The notes beneath the pieces are model-generated. The model was not told the DNA's origin and did not search any database. It saw nothing but the letters and a program-made list of their open reading frames with translations. A stretch of DNA of 40,902 nucleotides from a virus, in IMG/VR virus record IMGVR_UViG_3300030606_000002, positions 1 through 40,902 of that record. One strand, written 5' to 3'. Every line of letters starts with the position of its first letter. Position 1 is the stretch's first letter. Positions 34,449 through 40,532 of this stretch are shown here, in pieces. Made by a program: the position numbers and the translations under genes.

Positions 34449-34675
34449 CACGACGCACCACCCGAGGGAGAAGAACCAGGGCTGGGGGACGCATCCGCGG
34501 ATCCTTCGTACAGCACGCCCGCGATCGCACGGCAACACGCCGGACAGACGTTCTTGTCCACGACGGTATCCAGGTCCATATGCTCGACGTCACTCGATCC
34601 CTTGGAAATCTTGACGTTGTTGATCGTGTTGAGCGGCGCCCCCTTACCGCACCGGTCGCAGAAGTATTTGATCAT
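34448..34675 (-). CDS. Small zinc-ribbon protein
   Basis: 75 aa from ATG 34675 (ATGA overlap). Contains CDRCGK...CPACC. Confidence 0.4.
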   Translation of the reverse strand: MIKYFCDRCGKGAPLNTINNVKISKGSSDVEHMDLDTVVDKNVCPACCRAIAGVLYEGSADASPSPGSSPSGGAS

Positions 34676-34983
34676 GAGCGTTCCCTCTGCGCTCGTGCCG
34701 CGAGCATCCGACGGAACCCGTGCGTGCGTCGGCACACCCTGCAGATCTGATCATTCAGTGCAGGCGAGTACTCGAGCTGCTCCGATCGGAGCGGGACCAT
34801 CTTCGAGCAGTGCGTGACCGGCGCGCGGATGGTGCCTCCGTTTGCCAGCCGCATCTCGGCCGAGTGCAGGACCTTGGACCGCGGCATCCGGACGAGGAGC
34901 CGGAGAGCGCTGCGTCGGTCGAGCACTATCTGGTCGTCTTTGGGCTCGAGGGCGGTCACCCGTTGCTCCTGTGCGGTGGTCAC
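34672..34983 (-). CDS. Hypothetical protein
   Basis: 103 aa, GTG start in a GTGA overlap. Confidence 0.4.
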   Translation of the reverse strand: MTTAQEQRVTALEPKDDQIVLDRRSALRLLVRMPRSKVLHSAEMRLANGGTIRAPVTHCSKMVPLRSEQLEYSPALNDQICRVCRRTHGFRRMLAARAQRERS

Positions 34984-35174
34984 GAGCCGACCGGGGACCC
35001 GAGTCGTGCGAGGATGTCATCGATAGCCGGCATCGCAAGCTCGGCGATGAGCTCGGAGGCGGAGAGCCGTTTCCCGCGGTCCAACTGCACGAGCCGGAGC
35101 GCCTCCTGAATCCGGTCCCCCTCCTGGGGAGTGAACCCGACGCCAACCCTATATGTCTTGTTGAGTTCCTTCAC
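34980..35174 (-). CDS. First early-operon gene: small ribbon-helix-helix-like regulator (Cro-analogue candidate)
   Basis: 64 aa. KTYRVGVGFTPQEGDRIQEALRLV has a beta-strand then helix pattern typical of RHH proteins. It is divergent from the repressor gene. Confidence 0.4.
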   Translation of the reverse strand: MKELNKTYRVGVGFTPQEGDRIQEALRLVQLDRGKRLSASELIAELAMPAIDDILARLGSPVGS

Positions 35175-35292
35175 GGCTCGTATCTTCCTGAGCTACTCTG
35201 TGTAGAGAGTGTGTAGCACTGGTGCAACTAACGTAGCGCCGAAGATACTAACGTGGTACGTAGAATGTCAAGGTTTTTGGTTGGAGTTCGAC
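35175..35292. promoter_or_regulatory. Divergent switch region between the early operon and the repressor gene
   Basis: Lower GC than the flanks. Direct repeats TGTGTAG at 35199 and 35210 (11-nt spacing). ACTAACGT at 35227 and 35247 (20-nt spacing). ACGTAG at 35231 and 35258. A plus-strand -10-like TAGAAT at 35261-35266. Confidence 0.5.
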
Positions 35293-35664
35293 GTGGGACG
35301 TAGGAAGCCTACCGCATACACGTGGGCGTTCCGCAGCAGGTTGCTGGACGCGTTCGGCGATCTAACGAAGCACGGCCCACTTTCGAAAGAGGAGTTTGCC
35401 CGGCGAATCTCTGCCGTTCCCGGTTACCGGGGAGTGACCGGTGCTTCAGTCGGTCGCTGGATGCACGAGCAGAAGCCTGACCTGCCAGGGATGGATATTG
35501 TTCCCGCCATTGCGGCCGTGTTGGAGATCCACCCGGGCTGGCTCGCATGGGGACTTCCTCCGCGAGACCCTCCGCCGAGTTTCACAGCCCTCAAGGTTGA
35601 AAACCCAGTCGACCCTCCAGCCAACAAACGGTTGATACAGATGTCACCATTCGAACGTCCTTAA
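35293..35664 (+). CDS. CI-like repressor, XRE-family HTH
   Basis: LSKEEFARRISAVPGYRGVTGASVGRWMHEQKPDLPGMDIVPAIAAVLEIHPGWLAWG is an XRE-type HTH. The start is taken as GTG 35293 (TTGGAG upstream); the track start 35209 lies in the operator region. Confidence 0.65.
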   Translation: MGRRKPTAYTWAFRSRLLDAFGDLTKHGPLSKEEFARRISAVPGYRGVTGASVGRWMHEQKPDLPGMDIVPAIAAVLEIHPGWLAWGLPPRDPPPSFTALKVENPVDPPANKRLIQMSPFERP

Positions 35665-35677
35665 CAGGAGGACTCTA

Positions 35678-35977
35678 ATGCCACTCATCGACTGCCCCGA
35701 CTGCGGCAAGCAGGTCTCCGACCACGCCACCAGCTGTATCGAGTGCGGCCGTCCACTACACGTAGACCTCCTGAGCCGACCCGCCGCCGGCAGCGACGAG
35801 GCAGTGAAGACGGGACGTCAACGATCAAAACTCAGGAACGACCTAGGCAACGCCCTAGGCCTATTCGGGGTCGGTGGGGCAATCGTGGCCGGCACCATGA
35901 GCGGCAGTTTTGCTCTGGGGATCGTACTCGCACTCGTGGCGTTAGGTCTCGCGATCTACGTCGCGTACGGCTACTGA
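35678..35977 (+). CDS. Zinc-ribbon membrane protein co-transcribed with the repressor (superinfection-exclusion candidate)
   Basis: AGGAGG lies 6 nt upstream of the ATG. The N-terminus is CPDCGKQV...CIECG. The C-terminus has two hydrophobic segments (LGLFGVGGAIVAGTM, ALGIVLALVALGLAIYVAY). Confidence 0.6.
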   Translation: MPLIDCPDCGKQVSDHATSCIECGRPLHVDLLSRPAAGSDEAVKTGRQRSKLRNDLGNALGLFGVGGAIVAGTMSGSFALGIVLALVALGLAIYVAYGY

Positions 35978-36131
35978 CCGTCGGCGAGCTCCCGGGCGAG
36001 GTCCAGGAGTCGCTGGCCCTGGGTCTCGAGCACGTCGGCCAGGGGAGCGTTTTCGGGAGCCCTTCGGGAAAACCGGACGCTGAGAATCCCCCAGGATCGG
36101 CGATCGGACCCGTCCGAATGGTAGGGGTAGG

Positions 36132-36211
36132 GGACATATGTCCACCTCGCTAGGCGTCAGCCGATTGTAACAAACCACGACTTTCGGGGCCTCATCGGGT
36201 GGACATATGTC
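36132..36211 (+). promoter_or_regulatory. Pair of palindromic operator-like sites flanking/overlapping a promoter
   Basis: GGACATATGTCCACC (36132-36146) and its inverse GGTGGACATATGTC (36198-36211), each centred on the palindrome GACATATGTC. The -10-like TACTAT/TATATA lies at 36223-36231, just downstream. Confidence 0.5.
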
Positions 36212-36237
36212 GCTCAGGTGACTACTATATAGGTACG

Positions 36238-36261
36238 GCACGGGCAATCCCGCCCGGCCAA
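36238..36261 (+). repeat. 24-nt leader repeat GCACGGGCAATCCCGCCCGGCCAA (copy 1)
   Basis: Identical to 36674..36697. It contains the hairpin CGGGC-AATCCC-GCCCG and is followed by an SD (CGAGGAG) and the ATG at 36274. Confidence 0.5.
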
Positions 36262-36273
36262 CGAGGAGATGAC

Positions 36274-36660
36274 ATGACCGACCGGCTGACCCTCTACCGC
36301 GCCACCGATGACGATATCATCGTGGGGTGTGCATCGTTCGCCTTGTCGCGTGAGGCGGCTGAGGCCTACCTGCGTAACCCCGGGTATGGCGGTCGGTCCC
36401 TGTGGCGTGCTGAGGTCGAGATCGACCCCGAGACACTCCTCGATCTGGTAGCCGTGGACGACCCTATCGCGACCATCATGCAGACGACCGGACTGCCGCA
36501 CCCTGGAGCCATCGGTGCCGACGAGTGGGTCCCCCGCATCGCCGACCGTCTAGCTGACGTCGGTATCGAGTGGGTCCGAGTCGCCGAGTCGTACCCGACC
36601 AACACCGTCACCTACATCTTCGTGGGCTCGGATGACCCGGAAATGGAGCCGGTCGAATGA
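36274..36660 (+). CDS. Small acidic hypothetical protein (operon gene 1)
   Basis: 128 aa from ATG 36274, with GAGGAG upstream. No recognisable motif. Confidence 0.55.
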   Translation: MTDRLTLYRATDDDIIVGCASFALSREAAEAYLRNPGYGGRSLWRAEVEIDPETLLDLVAVDDPIATIMQTTGLPHPGAIGADEWVPRIADRLADVGIEWVRVAESYPTNTVTYIFVGSDDPEMEPVE

Positions 36661-36673
36661 CGACCCCACAGAC

Positions 36674-36697
36674 GCACGGGCAATCCCGCCCGGCCAA
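36674..36697 (+). repeat. 24-nt leader repeat (copy 2)
   Basis: An exact copy of 36238..36261, followed by ACGAGGGAAGGA and the ATG at 36717. Confidence 0.5.
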
Positions 36698-36716
36698 ACG
36701 AGGGAAGGAACTCGAC

Positions 36717-36980
36717 ATGACTACCACGATACTCGGCACACTGCGGACGGACGACGAGACGGTGCAGATCGTCCACGACGGAACGACAGTCGTGGCACTG
36801 CTGGCCGACGGAAGACGAGAGTACCCCATCGAGGGCCGGGAGGTGACCGTCAGGCAGGCACTCGTCGACCTGCACGACCTGTACGTAGGGTGGCAGTGGG
36901 ACCCGGAGATCGACTGGCGAGACCTGCGCAACGAGGATGACGAGGAGGAGGTCGCGTACCAGGAGTACCTAGACCGATGA
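36717..36980 (+). CDS. Small, very acidic hypothetical protein (operon gene 2)
   Basis: 87 aa from ATG 36717. By my count it has 22 Asp/Glu and 8 Arg/Lys. An alternative start at ATG 36657 (ATGA overlap) would add 20 aa that span the leader repeat. Confidence 0.5.
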   Translation: MTTTILGTLRTDDETVQIVHDGTTVVALLADGRREYPIEGREVTVRQALVDLHDLYVGWQWDPEIDWRDLRNEDDEEEVAYQEYLDR

Positions 36981-37183
36981 CGACCCCACATCTCACCGAA
37001 GAAGAGGAATCGGAGCTTATGTCCTGGCGACTGTACGGCTCCGACGGCTACCCCGTGCAGCAGCTCGGACGCCGCTGGGTCGTACCCCATGTCCCCGCCG
37101 TGTTCGCGACCCGGCGTGCCGCCGTGGCACAGTGGGAAGCGTACATCTACGCTCTCTGCGACCGAAAGGCCGGACGGCTATGA
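36977..37183 (+). CDS. Small hypothetical protein (operon gene 3)
   Basis: 68 aa, ATGA overlap. The gene start ATGACGACCCCACA is identical to 36657-36670. Confidence 0.5.
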   Translation: MTTPHLTEEEESELMSWRLYGSDGYPVQQLGRRWVVPHVPAVFATRRAAVAQWEAYIYALCDRKAGRL

Positions 37184-37407
37184 CGGTCCCCCAGACGGCG
37201 GTGGAGTGGAGAGATCTGCTCCGCCGCCGGATCACCGAATCGGGGCTCTCGCTCACCGAGTTCGCCGAGACCGTCCTGCTCCGCGAGCGTCGCACCGTCG
37301 CCCGCTGGCTCGACGGCGACTCTCCTATCCCGCAGCGCGTCCAAGAGTGGCTGACCGATCCGCAGGTGGCGCCGTGGCCGGAGCACGTACCGGGCGCAGA
37401 CCCTTAG
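37180..37407 (+). CDS. Small HTH DNA-binding protein (operon gene 4, Aca-like candidate)
   Basis: 75 aa, ATGA overlap. ITESGLSLTEFAETVLLRERRTVARWLDGDSPIP is an XRE-type helix-turn-helix. Confidence 0.55.
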   Translation: MTVPQTAVEWRDLLRRRITESGLSLTEFAETVLLRERRTVARWLDGDSPIPQRVQEWLTDPQVAPWPEHVPGADP

Positions 37408-37494
37408 GCAGGGAAGGGGATAGCGCCCGCACCGCCAAGAGTGTATACTGACTTCGAACTAGCTGCGGTTCATGCTTCCGGCCACGGAAGCCCA

Positions 37495-37523
37495 AGCCCT
37501 CGGGATTCGTTCCGGGGGCTTTT
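37495..37523 (+). terminator. Intrinsic terminator candidate for the plus-strand operon
   Basis: AGCCCTCGG-gattcgtt-CCGGGGGCT (9 bp including one G:U) followed by TTTT. Confidence 0.5.
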
Positions 37524-37608
37524 CCCTGCCTTCGAACCAGGGTGCCGAGGTGCCTTACCTCCTCGACCGTTCTTTCCTCACGGGGTGAACTAGCTGCAAT
37601 AAGTTCCC

Positions 37609-37633
37609 CGCCGTGGCCGGCGTCCCGTTTTTT
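37609..37633 (+). terminator. Second, weaker plus-strand terminator candidate
   Basis: CGCCG-tggc-CGGCG, then tcccg, then TTTTTT. Confidence 0.35.
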
Positions 37634-37717
37634 GGCGCGCTCGCGAAGTCGTTCCCCGCGCCACGGTCAAACGGTGTCCGAAACCGTTGAACATCAACCT
37701 ACACAACACCGCACGCG

Positions 37718-37741
37718 AAAAGCAATTACGCGCGTAATTGC
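37718..37741 (-). terminator. Intrinsic terminator for the minus-strand lysis/moron transcript
   Basis: A perfect 20-nt palindrome GCAATTACGCGCGTAATTGC (37722-37741), followed on the minus strand by TTTT (37721-37718). Confidence 0.6.
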
Positions 37742-37807
37742 GGGAGGTGGGGGTCGAACCCACCGAGACACGCTTATGAGGCGCGCGAGGTCACCGGACC
37801 TTCCCGC
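37739..37807 (-). tRNA. Truncated tRNA-like element, anticodon CAU (Met/Ile2-type), atypical D-arm
   Basis: Folded by hand on the minus strand: acceptor GCGGGAA/CTCCCGC (6 pairs plus one A:C mismatch); GGTC-CGGT-GACC in place of the D-arm, with no 8-9 linker; anticodon arm CGCGC-CTCATAA-GCGTG; variable loop TCTCG; T-arm GTGGG-TTCGACC-CCCAC; discriminator A; no encoded CCA. Only 69 nt. Confidence 0.4.
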
Positions 37808-37816
37808 GTCACCCGT

Positions 37817-38368
37817 TTACCGAATATCCCGTTTGTCGATTAGGTAATAGTCAAGTGCCAAGAACCCGCCCGACACGACAAACGCGGGAACGAGTCCCCA
37901 CCGTTCCTTGACGTAACGCGTCACCGCCGGCAGCACGTGCTCCCCGAAGTCGAGCAGCGCGTCCACCCGCTGTGAGCTCGCGGACACAAACTCGGCTTGA
38001 CCTTCCTCCCCGATGTCCGCCGCGTGGAAGAACGAGGGGAACTCTCGGCCAAGGCCCCAGCCGAGGGTCGCCGCCAGTCCCACGTCCTTGACGTGCTCGG
38101 GAGCAACCCGAAACACTTTCCCGCTAATAAACCGTGCACCGAGGTCCACGCCGAAGCCGAGCCCGGCGTGGCCGAACGGCGTGACCGCCTCGATCAGCTC
38201 GATATCGAGCATGGCGAACCGGAATGTTTTTGGCTGCGTCCACAGCTCGCCCCGTGTTGGGCCGTCCTGCGCGCTTCCCGCGACAATCAGGTTCGCTGGG
38301 TTGTCCTGCGCGGCGAGCGGAAACGCGAGCACCGCCAGCACCGCTACGATTTGTAGGATACGTCTCAT
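37817..38368 (-). CDS. Secreted/envelope protein with a cleavable-type signal peptide (moron candidate)
   Basis: 183 aa from ATG 38368 (GGAGG upstream). MRRILQIVAVLAVLAFPLAAQD is a signal peptide with no lipobox Cys. There is a C-terminal hydrophobic segment. Confidence 0.55.
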   Translation of the reverse strand: MRRILQIVAVLAVLAFPLAAQDNPANLIVAGSAQDGPTRGELWTQPKTFRFAMLDIELIEAVTPFGHAGLGFGVDLGARFISGKVFRVAPEHVKDVGLAATLGWGLGREFPSFFHAADIGEEGQAEFVSASSQRVDALLDFGEHVLPAVTRYVKERWGLVPAFVVSGGFLALDYYLIDKRDIR

Positions 38369-38398
38369 GTCCGAACCTCCATGTTCAGCGGTCGGAAG

Positions 38399-38422
38399 TG
38401 TCAACAATTGTCAAGATTGACA
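38399..38422. promoter_or_regulatory. AT-rich palindrome cluster upstream of the secreted-protein gene
   Basis: TGTCAACAATTGTCAAGATTGACA contains ACAATTGT and the 14-nt palindrome TGTCAA-GA-TTGACA. On the minus strand it provides two TTGACA hexamers. Confidence 0.4.
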
Positions 38423-38464
38423 AATCGTGACAGTTCCCGACCAGGTTACCCGCGTACGCGACAC

Positions 38465-39160
38465 TCAACGGCGCAGCGGGATGCTCCACTGCAACCCCAT
38501 CCGGAACGCAGCGACCTGGTCCGGTGGGTTGCGCAGCTCACACGCCATGTAGCCGCCGAGGAAGCTGACGGCGCCGAAGGCCAGGTTCCAACCCAACCCA
38601 TCGAGGTCGATCAGCGGTCGGCCGGGCAGGGCATCGCGCACGCGCTGCAGCGTGTCACGGATCTGCCCGATGACAGTGTCGCTCCGCGCCAACAGACCGC
38701 GCGTGACCGCGCACTCGGTCTGCTCCTCGGCGAGGTCCAGCAGACATTGCTCGGCCTCGTCCTGCGACGCCTCGAGCGCGATCGAGTCCGCCCGTTGCGC
38801 GTCCTGCATCGCGGCGACAACCGCCCGCGCGTCCGCGTCCAGGTGGTCCTTGTGCTGGTTGAGCAGCTCGGCCGCGCGTCCCCGCGCGATGTTCCGGTCC
38901 GTGACGGCCACTACCACCACCTGCCGCAACGAGTCACGCGTGACCGAGTCGCGCGTCTCTTTCTCGAGGTGCGCCGCTTCCCGGATCCGGTACGCGGCGA
39001 TGTCACCGCGGAGGCTGTCCGCGACCGCGATGACGGAGTCCGCTGCTGCTTTCGCGAGCTGCTTCTCCTCCGTCATCGATCGATTCGCGGCAATGGCCAG
39101 GGTCGCGACGACCCCAGCCACGACCGCGAGGATCCACCCAATCAGGGCGAGCTGCTTCAC
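38465..39160 (-). CDS. N-terminally anchored coiled-coil envelope protein (i-spanin-like candidate)
   Basis: 231 aa, GTGA overlap. One N-terminal TM (LALIGWILAVVAGVVATLAIA) is followed by a long charged helical region. Confidence 0.4.
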   Translation of the reverse strand: MKQLALIGWILAVVAGVVATLAIAANRSMTEEKQLAKAAADSVIAVADSLRGDIAAYRIREAAHLEKETRDSVTRDSLRQVVVVAVTDRNIARGRAAELLNQHKDHLDADARAVVAAMQDAQRADSIALEASQDEAEQCLLDLAEEQTECAVTRGLLARSDTVIGQIRDTLQRVRDALPGRPLIDLDGLGWNLAFGAVSFLGGYMACELRNPPDQVAAFRMGLQWSIPLRR

Positions 39161-39582
39161 GTGACCGGCGCGGGTCCGGAGACTTTCTGCCGGACGCCGG
39201 CGAGGGCCTTCGCGCCCGCGTGGTTCCCCATCGCGAGCAACCCGTTCAGGATCCCGACCACGAATCCCGTGTCGATCGAGAAGAGGTCGGCCGGCGCCGG
39301 CAACCCGGCAAAGGCCGCGACCTTCGTGAGGACCGGCGCGATCGCGACGTTGATCCCGAAGAAGATGATCGCCTTCGCGGTATCACCCAGCTTCGCGACC
39401 GTTGCGCTGATCGCCTTGAGCAGCTGAATAAGCAGCGTGCTCACGATCGCGACGATCTCGAGCGTGATGAGATTGAGTCCTTGGTCGCCGGTCACCGGCT
39501 CGCCGGCTTGCGCCCACGCGGTGGCGGTGACCATCACCATGGCCACGAACAGCAGCGCGACCAGTTTGAATCGTGCTTGCAT
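39157..39582 (-). CDS. Multi-pass membrane protein (holin-class candidate)
   Basis: 141 aa from ATG 39582 (AAGGAGG upstream), with several hydrophobic helices. Confidence 0.45.
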   Translation of the reverse strand: MQARFKLVALLFVAMVMVTATAWAQAGEPVTGDQGLNLITLEIVAIVSTLLIQLLKAISATVAKLGDTAKAIIFFGINVAIAPVLTKVAAFAGLPAPADLFSIDTGFVVGILNGLLAMGNHAGAKALAGVRQKVSGPAPVT

Positions 39583-39642
39583 ACCATTCCTCCTTGAGTT
39601 GACCGCCACGTCCTGCGGCGGGTGTTCACGAAATCAGACTTC

Positions 39643-40071
39643 CTAAAACGGGTCGAGCGCGAGTGTCCATCCCGGTTTGACCGGGCGAATCTTGATGAAC
39701 GCGTTATCGCGGATCGCGTCCGACTCGTTTACCGTGCGACTGCCACCGCCGCTCGCTCCGATCGTCACGACGCGGCCACCGCCGTAGTTCTCATAGACCA
39801 TCTCGATGTGCACGTAGCGAGGCGGACTGCCCCAGAAGACGATGTGGCCAGGCTTGAGCATATTGACGGCCTGGATCTTTGGCGCGTCGCGAAAGAACTC
39901 GGCGAGACTCGCGGCGGTCCAGTCGCCTTCACGCGGAAGCATGTGCGCGGACTTGAAACACTCGATGATGAAGCCAGAGCAATCAAACCCCTGTGGGTCG
40001 TCGCCCCCCCATTTGTACCACTGGCCGAGGTAGCGAAATGCCACCTGCAGCGCGATCTCACGTTGCGTCAT
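39643..40071 (-). CDS. Endolysin: NlpC/P60-family cell-wall peptidase
   Basis: YLGQWYKWGGDDPQGFDCSGFIIECF carries the catalytic Cys signature, and a downstream GHIVFW...YVHIEMV provides the His. Confidence 0.8.
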   Translation of the reverse strand: MTQREIALQVAFRYLGQWYKWGGDDPQGFDCSGFIIECFKSAHMLPREGDWTAASLAEFFRDAPKIQAVNMLKPGHIVFWGSPPRYVHIEMVYENYGGGRVVTIGASGGGSRTVNESDAIRDNAFIKIRPVKPGWTLALDPF

Positions 40072-40532
40072 CCAGCTAACCCTCCGTCAGGGATCTGCTC
40101 GGGTCGCGGCTCGCTCACGTCGTGTGGTATGGGGTGCGCCGCGGACTCACGCGTTGCCTCCGGGAACTTCCCCTTGAGAAAGTGCGTGACGCGATTGAAC
40201 GAGTTGGGACCCATGCAATAGGCCCCCACGACGACGATCGCCCCAACCAACGGCCACGTCATCCCGAGACCGCTCGCGAACTGTGCGGTGCCGAACGTGC
40301 CCAGCAACGAGAGCAACACCACGAGCCCAATCGCGTACATCACCTTCGCGTGACTCGGGTTGCCGTCCATGCCGTAGAGATTCGCCCAGTAGTAGGTGGG
40401 CTCCAGCACCGCCGCCATCAACCGCGCCAACGGCTTTTCCTTCTTGGTCACGCCGTTGCGCCGGCGAAACCCACCAATCACCAGGATGCCCGACAGCGCG
40501 CCGGCGAAGAACACGAGAGCCAGCTCACGCAT
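40068..40532 (-). CDS. Three-TM membrane protein (holin/antiholin candidate)
   Basis: 154 aa, with ATGA overlap to the endolysin gene. The hydrophobic segments are LALVFFAGALSGILVIGGF, VMYAIGLVVLLSLLGTFG and WPLVGAIVVVGAYCM. Confidence 0.5.
   Translation of the reverse strand: MRELALVFFAGALSGILVIGGFRRRNGVTKKEKPLARLMAAVLEPTYYWANLYGMDGNPSHAKVMYAIGLVVLLSLLGTFGTAQFASGLGMTWPLVGAIVVVGAYCMGPNSFNRVTHFLKGKFPEATRESAAHPIPHDVSEPRPEQIPDGGLAG

Noticed and set aside
35971-36140. A minus-strand reading frame with a protein-like C-terminus (...APENAPLADVLETQGQRLLDLARELADGQ*) in the gap after the zinc-ribbon gene.
   Set aside because: The frame opens just after an in-frame TGA and has no ATG/GTG start with an RBS (fewer than 57 codons). 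It could be a decayed gene remnant, but that cannot be supported.
36274-36660. An ADP-ribosyltransferase-like R-S-E pattern (LYR ... ASF ... EVE) in the 128-aa protein.
   Set aside because: The spacing is much shorter than in known ART folds, the middle motif is not STS, and the match could easily be chance. I kept it only as a protein of unknown function.
38376-38422. A complete sigma70 promoter for the secreted-protein gene using the TTGACA hexamers.
   Set aside because: No TAnnnT -10 element lies 16-18 nt downstream of either hexamer; the expected positions fall on CCGCTG and on the SD GGAGG. I report the site only as a palindromic operator-like cluster.
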